Part shown: in pieces, positions 34,161-43,009 of the stretch
Layout: each line of letters opens with the position of its first letter
How positions within the stretch are numbered: position 1 is the stretch's first letter
The notes under the pieces: model-generated
What the model saw: only the letters and a program-made list of their open reading frames with translations
The model's database searches: none
Told to the model about the DNA's origin: nothing
Program-made: the position numbers and the translations under genes
Origin: an uncultured Candidatus Saccharibacteria bacterium
Lineage (GTDB): Bacteria > Patescibacteriota > Minisyncoccia > Phycocordibacterales > UBA918
Reading direction: 5' to 3'
DNA: 53,874 bases
Assembly: GCA_964350745.1 (NCBI GenBank)
Contig: CAYGKU010000001.1
Coordinates: 23,470-77,343 of the forward strand

Positions 34161-35894
34161 ATGTCACTTATTAAGAGAAGTACTAAAGTTACCCTTGAAG
34201 GTAAAGGTGTTCTAACTCTCCGTCCAAGTGACTATGTCACGCAGGGTGGTGAGGGGGCTATTTATCGAAAGGGCGCTGATATTATTAAGTTGTATCTTGA
34301 TCCAAAAAAGATGCAGCATGATGATATTTCTAGCAAAGTTCGACTTTTAGCAAATCGGATAGACCATGCATCGATTGTTTCTCCCAAGGGTATTGTGTCT
34401 GATAATAAGGGAAATCCAATTGGTTATCACATGCCTTATGTATCTGGAGAAGCTTTTCCTCGGTTGTTTACTGGTAATTTCCGAGATCAAAACGGTTTTG
34501 GCAGTAAGCAAACTGTTACATTGACCAGTAAGATGCATGAAGTGGTGCAGTATGTGCATGGTAAGAAAATTCTTATGGTAGATGCTAACGAATTAAATTG
34601 GCTGGCAGATATTTCTGATGTTAATGATCCGGTCCCCTATGTTATCGATGTTGATTCGTGGGAGATTGGAAAATTTAAAGCGTCGGTAATAATGCCGTCA
34701 ATTCGTGATTGGCATTCTGGTGGTATAAGTGAAGAATCCGATTGGTTTGCTTGGGGTGTGGTTTCTTTCTTGCTTTTTACTGGTATTCATCCGTACAAAG
34801 GAAAACTAGACGGTTACAAACCGGGGGAACTGGAAAAAAGAATGAAAGATAACGCTTCGGTGTTTCTTCCTCAAGTGCGTCTCAATCGAGCCGTGCGTGA
34901 TTTTAAGGAAATACCTGGCCCGCTTCTTGACTGGTATCAGGCGACATTTACTGACGGTGAACGTAGTATTCCCCCATCACCTTTACAAGTTGGTGGGGGA
35001 AGAACTGCAGTAGGTCGCGTCTTTAGGACGGTAACTACAGCCACTGGCGGTTTGGTTTACGAAAAACTTTTTGAGATAGTTGGTGAAAAAGTTATATCAG
35101 TTTGGCCGTGTGGAGTACTTCGTACTGAGTCAGGGTCTTTGATAGAGTTTTCTAGTAAGAAAGTTATCGGAAAAGCTACTGGAAAAAGAGTTGCGGTTGT
35201 TTCTCGTTCTGGTGGCTGGCTGGTAGTTGAAGAAGTTGCCGGTAGTTGGCAGTGGAGATTTATTTCTCGTAAGGGAGACGAGTTCTCTCTTATTGTACCA
35301 CTCGATATCACAGGAGTTGTTCGTAGTGGTGAGCGTATATTTGCGGTTACTACCACGGAATTTGTGGAGATTGTTATACAGCAATTTCAAAAGCCGGTTA
35401 CTACTATCGGAAATCGTTGGCAGATTATGGGAAACGCAACTAACTGGTATCGAGAAATTGGTGTCAGTGATGTGCTTGGCGCGACTTACTTGATAGTGCC
35501 GTTTAACGAAGGTTCGGTAGCTATGGTTCGTGTTCCTGAATTTGATGGATTAACAACCGTTAGTGCAGTGGGTGGCGGTCGTTTTGCTGAAATTGTCACT
35601 CTCAATCAACAGGGTGAATATCAGACTCATAGCTTATCGTTTAACTCTGATTGGAATAAATACAAAGTAAGTACAAGGACAGTAGATGGTCCTGAGCAAA
35701 ATATTACTATACTTCCAAAAGGAGTAGTGGCATCAATTCCGGAAGATGAACAGTTGGTTATAACCGTTCCTTCTAAAGGAGCGCAGAAGATTGTAAATGA
35801 TAAAGATTTGGCAACTAATATGTACTTAAGTAGGATTGGTGACCAAGTTGTCTATTTAAATGACGGTGTTCTTTGGTCATTGAAAATGAACTAG
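34161..35894 (+). CDS. Atypical Ser/Thr protein kinase with a ~300-aa uncharacterised C-terminal domain
   Basis: 577 aa. Gly-rich loop QGGEGAIY, Lys in IIKLY, catalytic-loop-like MVDANELNW, DFG-equivalent VIDVDSW. The C-terminal half is beta-rich with no recognised motif. Confidence 0.7.
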   Translation: MSLIKRSTKVTLEGKGVLTLRPSDYVTQGGEGAIYRKGADIIKLYLDPKKMQHDDISSKVRLLANRIDHASIVSPKGIVSDNKGNPIGYHMPYVSGEAFPRLFTGNFRDQNGFGSKQTVTLTSKMHEVVQYVHGKKILMVDANELNWLADISDVNDPVPYVIDVDSWEIGKFKASVIMPSIRDWHSGGISEESDWFAWGVVSFLLFTGIHPYKGKLDGYKPGELEKRMKDNASVFLPQVRLNRAVRDFKEIPGPLLDWYQATFTDGERSIPPSPLQVGGGRTAVGRVFRTVTTATGGLVYEKLFEIVGEKVISVWPCGVLRTESGSLIEFSSKKVIGKATGKRVAVVSRSGGWLVVEEVAGSWQWRFISRKGDEFSLIVPLDITGVVRSGERIFAVTTTEFVEIVIQQFQKPVTTIGNRWQIMGNATNWYREIGVSDVLGATYLIVPFNEGSVAMVRVPEFDGLTTVSAVGGGRFAEIVTLNQQGEYQTHSLSFNSDWNKYKVSTRTVDGPEQNITILPKGVVASIPEDEQLVITVPSKGAQKIVNDKDLATNMYLSRIGDQVVYLNDGVLWSLKMN

Positions 35895-35914
35895 ACCAGT
35901 TCCTTGTATGACTT

Positions 35915-35945
35915 AGTCCGGAAGCTTTAGCTTCCGGACTTTTTG
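35915..35945 (+). terminator. Terminator (possibly partial) after the kinase gene
   Basis: AGTCCGGAAGC-TTTA-GCTTCCGGACT followed by TTTTT. Confidence 0.65.
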
Positions 35946-36012
35946 TAACAATTGATTAATTTGGCGGTTTAGTCTATTGTAGCCTAGGAATTTTATAAAC
36001 GGAGGAAAGATA

Positions 36013-36966
36013 ATGGATCTTTTAAATAGATATATTGGTACTTTAGTTGGTGTGCACGTAGGGGATTCGCTTGGAGCACCATACGAATATGCTTTTTCTG
36101 CCAAACAAATTGCAAAAGATATTGAAGAACGTGGAGGGTTAAAATTCTTTGATTATAAGAATCCTTGGTCGAAAGATGGTAATGGCAAAGTTCTTCCGGC
36201 TGGTCGCCCTACCGATGACTCAGACCAAACAGCTGACTTGGCTTTCAGTTTGGTTCATTGTCGTGGTCTTAACGTTGATCGTTTACGTAACTGTCTGAAA
36301 GATAGCGTTGTTCATGGTCGTAGTCGTCTTTGGTCTGGTCAGGCTACTGGTGCTGGCGGCACTACCAGAAATGCCCTTAGTGATGATGAGGTAAAAAGAC
36401 AAAAAGCATTAAGTAACAATATTGGTACAAACGGTAGCCTTATGCGTTGTTCGCCAGTGGCATTGTGGTTTGGTCCTAGTTCATCTCATGTGCCTGAAGA
36501 TTGTAAAGTAGTGTTTACTATGTCACAAGTTACTCATGCTCACACTCATTCAAAACAGGCTTGTTGGATGTATACTAAGATTCTGCAGAGGATTTTAAAC
36601 GGAGTAAGTATTTGTGGGCAAGGGTTTAAGTCGCAAAATGAAGTGGAGATTCGTATTTTTTCTCGTTTACGTGATAAGTACGACTTCCCCTATGATCCTG
36701 GTGCATGGCCCATGCGTGGTAGCGCTGAGTTTTCACTGTACGTTGCACTTTATGCTCTAGCCAATACAAGTTCATTTGCGGAGGGTATTGAGTTGGCGGT
36801 GGGTATCGGTGGTGATACGGACACGTATGCCGCTATTGCCGGAGGATTACTTGGTGCCTACTATGGTTATGATGCTATTCCAGAAAATTGGAGAAAGGCC
36901 ATTCTTGGTCATGATGTGATGGTTGATTATGCGGAAAAACTTTATGATATACGCTTAAATAAATAG
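36013..36966 (+). CDS. ADP-ribosylglycohydrolase (ARH/DraG family)
   Basis: 317 aa. N-terminal GVHVGDSLGAPYE and C-terminal GGDTDTYAAIAGGLLGAYYG are the hallmark metal-binding motifs. GGAGG RBS upstream. Confidence 0.85.
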   Translation: MDLLNRYIGTLVGVHVGDSLGAPYEYAFSAKQIAKDIEERGGLKFFDYKNPWSKDGNGKVLPAGRPTDDSDQTADLAFSLVHCRGLNVDRLRNCLKDSVVHGRSRLWSGQATGAGGTTRNALSDDEVKRQKALSNNIGTNGSLMRCSPVALWFGPSSSHVPEDCKVVFTMSQVTHAHTHSKQACWMYTKILQRILNGVSICGQGFKSQNEVEIRIFSRLRDKYDFPYDPGAWPMRGSAEFSLYVALYALANTSSFAEGIELAVGIGGDTDTYAAIAGGLLGAYYGYDAIPENWRKAILGHDVMVDYAEKLYDIRLNK

Positions 36967-36978
36967 TCCGTATAAAGA

Positions 36979-37010
36979 AAAGACCTAGAAGTAATTACTT
37001 CTAGGTCTTT
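36979..37010 (+). terminator. Terminator after the ARH gene
   Basis: AAAGACCTAGAAGT/ACTTCTAGGTCTTT. Confidence 0.7.
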
Positions 37011-37029
37011 ATTACTGTAAGAAAAAAAT

Positions 37030-37057
37030 AAAGGCGAATCATTTCTGATTCGCCTTT
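37030..37057 (-). terminator. Terminator after nadE
   Basis: AAAGGCGAATCA/TGATTCGCCTTT with a T-run on the minus strand. Confidence 0.7.
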
Positions 37058-37085
37058 GTTGTGTTTCTGCTACTTAAAAAAGAAC

Positions 37086-38990
37086 TTATTTTGCTTGGTA
37101 TTTTGGATATCCAGCACCTGCCAATTGTTTTACCAGTGCTTTGTAGCGCTGTGTTTCAATTGGTTCAAGAATACTTTCTCGGAAATCCCAACCAAACCCC
37201 CTTTTATCAATCAGTGGCCCCGGAACACTTTGAACTCGCTTATAGATTGCGTTGTGGAAAAGTTTAAAGCATCGTTCCAGGTCATTTAGCCACTCTTCTC
37301 TGTCTTTAAATAAAGCATTCAATTTCCCTTCTGGTAGTTGTAGTTCAGATTCCAGACTTCCGTCTAGGTACTTTTCTGCGAACCATTCAGGACTACGGCG
37401 AAAGGCTACAATTGCTCGTACCATTTGATCGTGATAACCTTTATGTACAAGATTACCGTAATCAAATGGGTCCCTACGCTCACCTTTACCCTGCTCCGTC
37501 AGTTCATCCATAGGAGGACGAGTAATGATAGATTGAGGAATTACTTCTCGACCATATATTTCACGGTTCATATAATCAGCTAGCCGATAAACGTCTTGCT
37601 TAAGACAATTCATCCATGGTGCAAAAAAGCCTCGAAGATCAGCGTTCAAACTGCCGTAGCCAAAAGCCAATTCCGGCATAACAGCGTTACTAACAAAAAT
37701 AGCATCTCTTTGTAAAGCAATATTTGATAGCTTGTACATACGAGCGACTGTTTGTACTGGTTTGTGTCGTGTCGTATCCGGTTCTATACCTGTACCTACA
37801 CAACTTTCGTCTACCAGTCGGTCAATACTTACTACCTGATATGAAACATTAAGCCTGCGACATAATTCTTCAGCGTCATTCTTGGTTTCTTTAGAATTAA
37901 ACGCCCTATACGGCATATTTACCGCAATGACATTTTCCGGACCAAGTAACTTGGCAAAAAATGCTACAGACAGAGCCGAATCAATGCCTCCGCTAACACC
38001 GATAACCACCTTACGTTTTACAAGCTCAGGTAGACTTTGCAGATAACCTTTAGTAGCGACTTCAATTGCTTTATACAGTTCAGTAATATCAGCAACTTCA
38101 GGTCGCACAGGTTGCACTAATTCACTTACAAGATTAACAGCTAGCGTTTCTTCTTGATATCGTTCACACATAGCTTTGATTTGTCCATCCGGCTGATAAA
38201 CAGTTGAAGCGCCATCGTATGGAATAAAGTTTTTACCGTTATTTTGGCAACCAACATTATTTACATATACAAACCATAAATTAAGATCTTTCAATAAGTT
38301 ACTAATAACTTGATCTCTCTTTTGGTTTTTACGCCAACTCCAGTTTGAGGCTGAAAGGTTTATAAGTATCTCGGCACTATTATCTTTAAGAATTCGCGCA
38401 GGTTTGATTGAATAATCAATGTCCCACATATCTTCACAAAGCATGATGCCAAGTTTATACTCAACGCCTTTTATAATGACTGTAAATGGTTTTAAGAATT
38501 CTTCTACAGGAACATCTCTTACTTCTGCAAGCTGACGTAAGCTGTAAAAGTGTCTCGAGTCATCATATATACGATAGTTTGGTAATAAGGTCTTTATTGC
38601 AAACGGTAAGCCGGCATCATTATGAATTTGCTTTCCATTTTGAGCCACAAAAGCCGCATTGTACTTCCGACGACGCCCATCCGCCCCTTTAGTGTATTGT
38701 TCATCAATACCAATACCACCAAAGATTAAGACACCATTTATTGAAGCTGATTCTCTAACGATATACTCTGCCGTTGTCACCATCTCGGCAACAAAGGCCT
38801 CGTTTTCGTATCTGTCTCCACTGATATAGGGAGAAAGCATCATTTCAGAACCAATTACAATATCAGCACTCTGCTCAACGGCTTTTTTTGCTTCCGACAG
38901 ATAACGTATGGTGTTCTTCATCGGATCATTAGCGATTTCCATCTGCACCATAGCAACACTTAATTTACTCATTTTAGCTTGATAGCTCAT
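37086..38990 (-). CDS. nadE: Glutamine-dependent NAD+ synthetase (CN-hydrolase domain plus NAD synthetase domain)
   Basis: 634 aa. N-terminal nitrilase-like domain (catalytic Cys context GIMLCEDMW). C-terminal PP-loop VVIGVSGGIDSAL. Confidence 0.85.
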   Translation of the reverse strand: MSYQAKMSKLSVAMVQMEIANDPMKNTIRYLSEAKKAVEQSADIVIGSEMMLSPYISGDRYENEAFVAEMVTTAEYIVRESASINGVLIFGGIGIDEQYTKGADGRRRKYNAAFVAQNGKQIHNDAGLPFAIKTLLPNYRIYDDSRHFYSLRQLAEVRDVPVEEFLKPFTVIIKGVEYKLGIMLCEDMWDIDYSIKPARILKDNSAEILINLSASNWSWRKNQKRDQVISNLLKDLNLWFVYVNNVGCQNNGKNFIPYDGASTVYQPDGQIKAMCERYQEETLAVNLVSELVQPVRPEVADITELYKAIEVATKGYLQSLPELVKRKVVIGVSGGIDSALSVAFFAKLLGPENVIAVNMPYRAFNSKETKNDAEELCRRLNVSYQVVSIDRLVDESCVGTGIEPDTTRHKPVQTVARMYKLSNIALQRDAIFVSNAVMPELAFGYGSLNADLRGFFAPWMNCLKQDVYRLADYMNREIYGREVIPQSIITRPPMDELTEQGKGERRDPFDYGNLVHKGYHDQMVRAIVAFRRSPEWFAEKYLDGSLESELQLPEGKLNALFKDREEWLNDLERCFKLFHNAIYKRVQSVPGPLIDKRGFGWDFRESILEPIETQRYKALVKQLAGAGYPKYQAK

Positions 38991-39011
38991 GGTAATTCTC
39001 CTTTAAAAGAA

Positions 39012-39040
39012 TGGTCCGACACTGCGAAAGTGTCGGACCA
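39012..39040 (-). terminator. Terminator after pncB
   Basis: TGGTCCGACACT-GCGAAA-GTGTCGGACCA. Confidence 0.7.
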
Positions 39041-39045
39041 AGGGT

Positions 39046-40293
39046 TTAGTACACTGTTGTTTCAGAAAATTCATTGGTATAACCAAAAATTTCTTTGGCA
39101 ACTTGGATTTCTTCTCCTGGTCCCATAGCTTTCGCTAAGTTATCAGACAGTTTTACTGTTGAGTTACCAGATGCTTCAACTAACTTCATCACTATGGATA
39201 AAGGTTTTATCAGACCAAGGTCATTGGAGTGGTTGGTTCCCCATCCAAAAGCAACTTGGATTCTTTTTCCAAACCGCCGGTGCAACTCAAGCATTTTTTG
39301 GCAATCAAGCCCGTCTGAAAAAATTATCTTTTTGTCTAACGGATTAATGCCCCTGCTTTGGTAGTCGGCAATTATTTTTTCACCTATCACAAACGGATCA
39401 CCTGAATCTTGCCTATGCCCCGACCAGTTTGATGCTATATCTGTCGGCAGTTTTTGCAAGAAAGCATCAGTACCAAAAGTGTCTGATAGCATAACAAGAG
39501 CTTCGTTGCTGTATAAACGTTCCCATTTTCTGAGTACGTCATATAGAGATTCACGAACTGCTTTTTTATTGGTGTGTCTAGAGATTGCAAATTCTGCCAT
39601 TGCGGTTTCGTGTGCTATCGAGCCCATTAATTTCACGCCGAATTTCTTGGCTAAGTGGACATTTGAAACACCTACAATATTCCCACTGGCTTCAGTTAAA
39701 AACATCTCGGTCATTTTCTCTTCCCATGGACCTGAAACTCTGCGACGAAGACCAAACAAGAGTATTTTAAGTTCTGGATGTTTCTTTAGAAAATTAATTT
39801 TCTCTTTAGCTCGTTTCATACCTTCGTCGTAGAGTGCTCGCTCGGCAATACTGTCTACCTTGGCTCTGTTGCGTCCGTATAGCTCGGCGATGATTTCAAG
39901 GAAATATATTTCCCACAAGGTTTCGTTTGTGGCTAATCCTTGTGGTTCTATAATTAGCTGATCTCCGACTTTTGTGAGTATAGGCATTTTGAGCCTGATT
40001 GTTCTCAGAAAGTTTAGAAACTCTTCTGGAAAATTTATTGTTTCAAGGTTTCTTAGGTAAGAAATATCACTTTCAGAAAAACGTAATTTTTCAACTTCCT
40101 GACATTGTTCTCGTAATTCAGATATCGACACATAGTTGGCTAACGGAACACTAGTCGTCCGGTTTTTGAAAGCCCACTTTACCTTTAAGTATGGATAATA
40201 GGTCCAGAAATAATAAAGCATAGTAAGCTTGTATTTGTCTGTCTCCATACTTGATCTAACTATTGGTGTATCTTTTTCCCATAATAATGCCAT
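39046..40293 (-). CDS. pncB: Nicotinate phosphoribosyltransferase family protein
   Basis: 415 aa. N-terminal TDKYKLTM-type motif, central GSIAHE, and an overall length typical of PncB. Distinguishing it from a nicotinamide PRTase needs a profile search. Confidence 0.7.
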   Translation of the reverse strand: MALLWEKDTPIVRSSMETDKYKLTMLYYFWTYYPYLKVKWAFKNRTTSVPLANYVSISELREQCQEVEKLRFSESDISYLRNLETINFPEEFLNFLRTIRLKMPILTKVGDQLIIEPQGLATNETLWEIYFLEIIAELYGRNRAKVDSIAERALYDEGMKRAKEKINFLKKHPELKILLFGLRRRVSGPWEEKMTEMFLTEASGNIVGVSNVHLAKKFGVKLMGSIAHETAMAEFAISRHTNKKAVRESLYDVLRKWERLYSNEALVMLSDTFGTDAFLQKLPTDIASNWSGHRQDSGDPFVIGEKIIADYQSRGINPLDKKIIFSDGLDCQKMLELHRRFGKRIQVAFGWGTNHSNDLGLIKPLSIVMKLVEASGNSTVKLSDNLAKAMGPGEEIQVAKEIFGYTNEFSETTVY

Positions 40294-40370
40294 GTTACCC
40301 TCCTATTTTATAGGTTATTGATTGATATTAAGTTGTAAAGAACAGAATTCCTCTCTGGAACTCTCAATGG

Positions 40371-40405
40371 TATCCAAGGCGACATGATATTTATCGCCTT
40401 GGATA
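40371..40405 (-). terminator. Terminator after nadM
   Basis: TATCCAAGGCGA/TCGCCTTGGATA hairpin. Confidence 0.65.
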
Positions 40406-40415
40406 GTTGTGAGAA

Positions 40416-41324
40416 TTACTGAGCTAGCCTCTCTCGTTTGTATTGTAATAACATTCTAACTAGAACTACGTGCTCCGGAGCGATAACAGAAAAGAGACTT
40501 TCATCCAAATTTCTCCATCCCAGCCAGCCGATATCGTCGCCTGCCCTCGGTTCGCCACTCATATGTTTCATCGCAAAAAAAGTTGTCATGATACCGTACT
40601 TACTTTTTTTGTAGCGAGGATCTTTAATGCGTTGGGTACCGATGTATTCAGGATTACTAACTTTTACACCCATTGCCTCTTCAATCCGTTCGCGTTTAGC
40701 GGCATCTTCGCAGGATTTGTCGTTTGGATCAACGAATCCCCCAAAGAAGCGATAGTGTTCCGATTCCTTGTCCCGTTTGCCGAGTAAGACTTTCGAAAAA
40801 TCAGCGGTATGAATTGCCATGTCAACAGTTGGATCTGTGATAGCAAACTGCGTTAGTATAGCTGCTAGCCAGCCACGTCGGAACATCGGATCATTAATAT
40901 ATTCTCCAGATATTTCCTCTCGTATCTGTGTAGCTGAGCGGTTTGGTAACTCTCTTACGTACTTTGTGTAGTATACGCCTGAGTACTTGGGAATAAAACT
41001 GTCGCGGGAACCGTACAGTACAGCTTTTTGACTAGAGCACACTCCTGATATTGTTTCATCTACAGTCACAGACCAATGTTTGCTAGATATCGGACTATCT
41101 TGTATCGGCAAGATGACTGCTTTAGGATAACGGGTCTCCAGCATCTGTTTTCTAATCTCGAACGGAAATGGATCAGAAGTATTGAAGCGAATGGTGTTGT
41201 AGCCTACCAGAATGATCATTAGTTCATGTCTTTCCGCAATGTAATCCAGAAGTGCCACATGGCCTTCATGTAATTCGTGTATTTGGAAACGCCCAACAGC
41301 AACTCCTACTTTGCTATTTTTCAT
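40416..41324 (-). CDS. nadM: Bifunctional NMN adenylyltransferase / Nudix (ADP-ribose pyrophosphatase-type) protein
   Basis: 302 aa. GRFQIHELHEGH (the (H/T)xGH nucleotidyltransferase motif). The C-terminal Nudix box GGFVDPNDKSCEDAAKRERIEEAMGV is intact. Confidence 0.8.
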   Translation of the reverse strand: MKNSKVGVAVGRFQIHELHEGHVALLDYIAERHELMIILVGYNTIRFNTSDPFPFEIRKQMLETRYPKAVILPIQDSPISSKHWSVTVDETISGVCSSQKAVLYGSRDSFIPKYSGVYYTKYVRELPNRSATQIREEISGEYINDPMFRRGWLAAILTQFAITDPTVDMAIHTADFSKVLLGKRDKESEHYRFFGGFVDPNDKSCEDAAKRERIEEAMGVKVSNPEYIGTQRIKDPRYKKSKYGIMTTFFAMKHMSGEPRAGDDIGWLGWRNLDESLFSVIAPEHVVLVRMLLQYKRERLAQ

Positions 41325-41477
41325 ACTGACTCCTTTAAGCCTAGATAAGCCCTAAAATGTTAAGGATCTGATACTTTGTGTACATCTAACACTAAGGTAT
41401 CATTACACACAAAATTTGTCAACTAGTAAATCACAGAATTGACAAAAAAGCAATTATGGGTTACTTCTTCTAAGTTT

Positions 41478-42152
41478 TTATATGGCCAACAGGGGTAATT
41501 CTTCGGTTTCTGCTGAAATAAATTCAAACAAAGCAGCTGGCCGGTTTTTTACCCCTTCTTGCATGTCCCCTGTTTCGTTTACTATATTCAGGGCCAATAT
41601 CTTCTTTCTGAAATTACGTTTATCCAGATCTTTACCCAATATGGTTTCGTAAGCCGATTGGAGTTCAGATAGAGTAAAATGTCGTGGTAGTAAATGTTGA
41701 ACTATGGTGGTGTAAGAAAGCTTCCCTTGAAGGCGTTTTATGGCCATCTCCAACATTTCATCGTGATCATAGGCCAGGTCAACAGCTTCACCTATGGGTA
41801 TAAAGTATGATTCAGGGTGTTTATAGCTGGCAGCTGCGTCAGGACGAACAAGGCCGATATAGGCCACTGATACTACACGGTTTCGTTTATCTCTTTCAAC
41901 GTCACTAAAGGTATAAAGTTGTTCTAAGGGGACATTAGCTAGTTTTGCTTTCTCCTTCAAGATACGTATACAGGCCTCTTCAGCGTTTTCACTAGGTTTT
42001 ATCAAACCTCCAAGAAAGCCAGGTTGGTTTATATAGTGAGGCGGGCGATTTACCGGACTCACCAGTACACACAATTTTTCATCAATAAAACCAAAAACAA
42101 CAATATCAACCGCAATAACCGCAAATCGTAAATTTTCCGGAGCTTTTTTCAT
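41478..42152 (-). CDS. nrtR: NrtR-type Nudix-related transcriptional regulator
   Basis: 224 aa. Nudix fold with a degenerate box (GGLIKPSENAEEACIRILKEKAKL, REUxEE lost). C-terminal winged-helix segment with FTLSELQSAYETILGKDLDKRNFRKK. Confidence 0.75.
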   Translation of the reverse strand: MKKAPENLRFAVIAVDIVVFGFIDEKLCVLVSPVNRPPHYINQPGFLGGLIKPSENAEEACIRILKEKAKLANVPLEQLYTFSDVERDKRNRVVSVAYIGLVRPDAAASYKHPESYFIPIGEAVDLAYDHDEMLEMAIKRLQGKLSYTTIVQHLLPRHFTLSELQSAYETILGKDLDKRNFRKKILALNIVNETGDMQEGVKNRPAALFEFISAETEELPLLAI

Positions 42153-42161
42153 AACGTTAGT

Positions 42162-42186
42162 TTAACACTAACTAAGTAAGTGTTAA
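42162..42186. promoter_or_regulatory. Candidate NrtR operator upstream of nrtR (autoregulation)
   Basis: TTAACACT-aactaagta-AGTGTTAA palindrome, 10-35 nt upstream of the nrtR start. Its reverse strand contains ACACTTACTTAGT, shared with sites A and B. Confidence 0.4.
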
Positions 42187-42310
42187 AGTTTAGTCACTAT
42201 TGAGCGAAAGAATTAGCCGGTTTTGTAATGCTAACGGAAGCAAACCGAACAGCGTTGTATATAACCCAAAAATGAACAATTGTCATAGTATATAATATAC
42301 AAACTTTGGT

Positions 42311-43009
42311 ATGACAAATTTGCGCGGTCAGTATAAGAAAGAAGCCTACGAGCAAGCAATAGCTTTCCGAAAACGAGGTTTTACCTACACAGAAATAGCT
42401 AAGATCTGTGATGTTTCGCGTGGCACGGTATCGAATTGGCTGAAAGATGAAGGTTTTTCTAAGCAAATAGCTGAAACAAACAAAAAAAGAGCCTACAAGG
42501 AGAACGTAGGGCGAATAAAGCTGGTAAATAAAGCCAGAAATGCTGAGCGTAATAATCAGTACAAGACAGTCTTGCGATTGGCTGGGACCGAGTACAAGAA
42601 TTACCGTACTTCCCCGCTGTTTATGGCCGGCTTGACCATTTATTTGTGTGAAGGCGATCTTAAGGATAAGAATGTCATCCGCTTGGCCAGTAGTCGTCCG
42701 GAACTGCACAAGATCTTTATTTCCTTTGCGGTTGAGTATTTGGGGGTTGAGAAATCAGATATTCGCTTCTGGCTCCTTCTCTACCCTGATATGGATGAAG
42801 TAAAATGTATGAAATATTGGAGCCGTAAGATCGGTGTTTCGGTCAGCCAATTCTATAAAAATCAGGTTTTAAACAGGTCAGACAACAAAAATAACAAAAA
42901 AACGTTGCATTTTGGCGTCGGTAATACTATAATCGGCAGTACCTTATTGAAAAAGAAATTGCAGTGCTGGGCTGATCTGGCTTCAAAAGGTTTACAAAAG
43001 AATAAATAA
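42311..43009 (+). CDS. HTH plus LAGLIDADG-like domain protein
   Basis: 232 aa. N-terminal HTH (YTEIAKICDVSRGTVSNWL). Central FMAGLTIYLCEGD resembles a LAGLIDADG motif. The stop codon abuts the first base of tRNA-Gly. Confidence 0.6.
   Translation: MTNLRGQYKKEAYEQAIAFRKRGFTYTEIAKICDVSRGTVSNWLKDEGFSKQIAETNKKRAYKENVGRIKLVNKARNAERNNQYKTVLRLAGTEYKNYRTSPLFMAGLTIYLCEGDLKDKNVIRLASSRPELHKIFISFAVEYLGVEKSDIRFWLLLYPDMDEVKCMKYWSRKIGVSVSQFYKNQVLNRSDNKNNKKTLHFGVGNTIIGSTLLKKKLQCWADLASKGLQKNK

Noticed and set aside
42197-42709. 170-aa minus-strand ORF overlapping the HTH/LAGLIDADG-like gene
   Set aside because: Its translation is low-complexity and hydrophobic, and it has no RBS. The plus-strand frame has a -10 box, a clear HTH motif and a sensible stop. 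The ORF would also run across the nrtR promoter.
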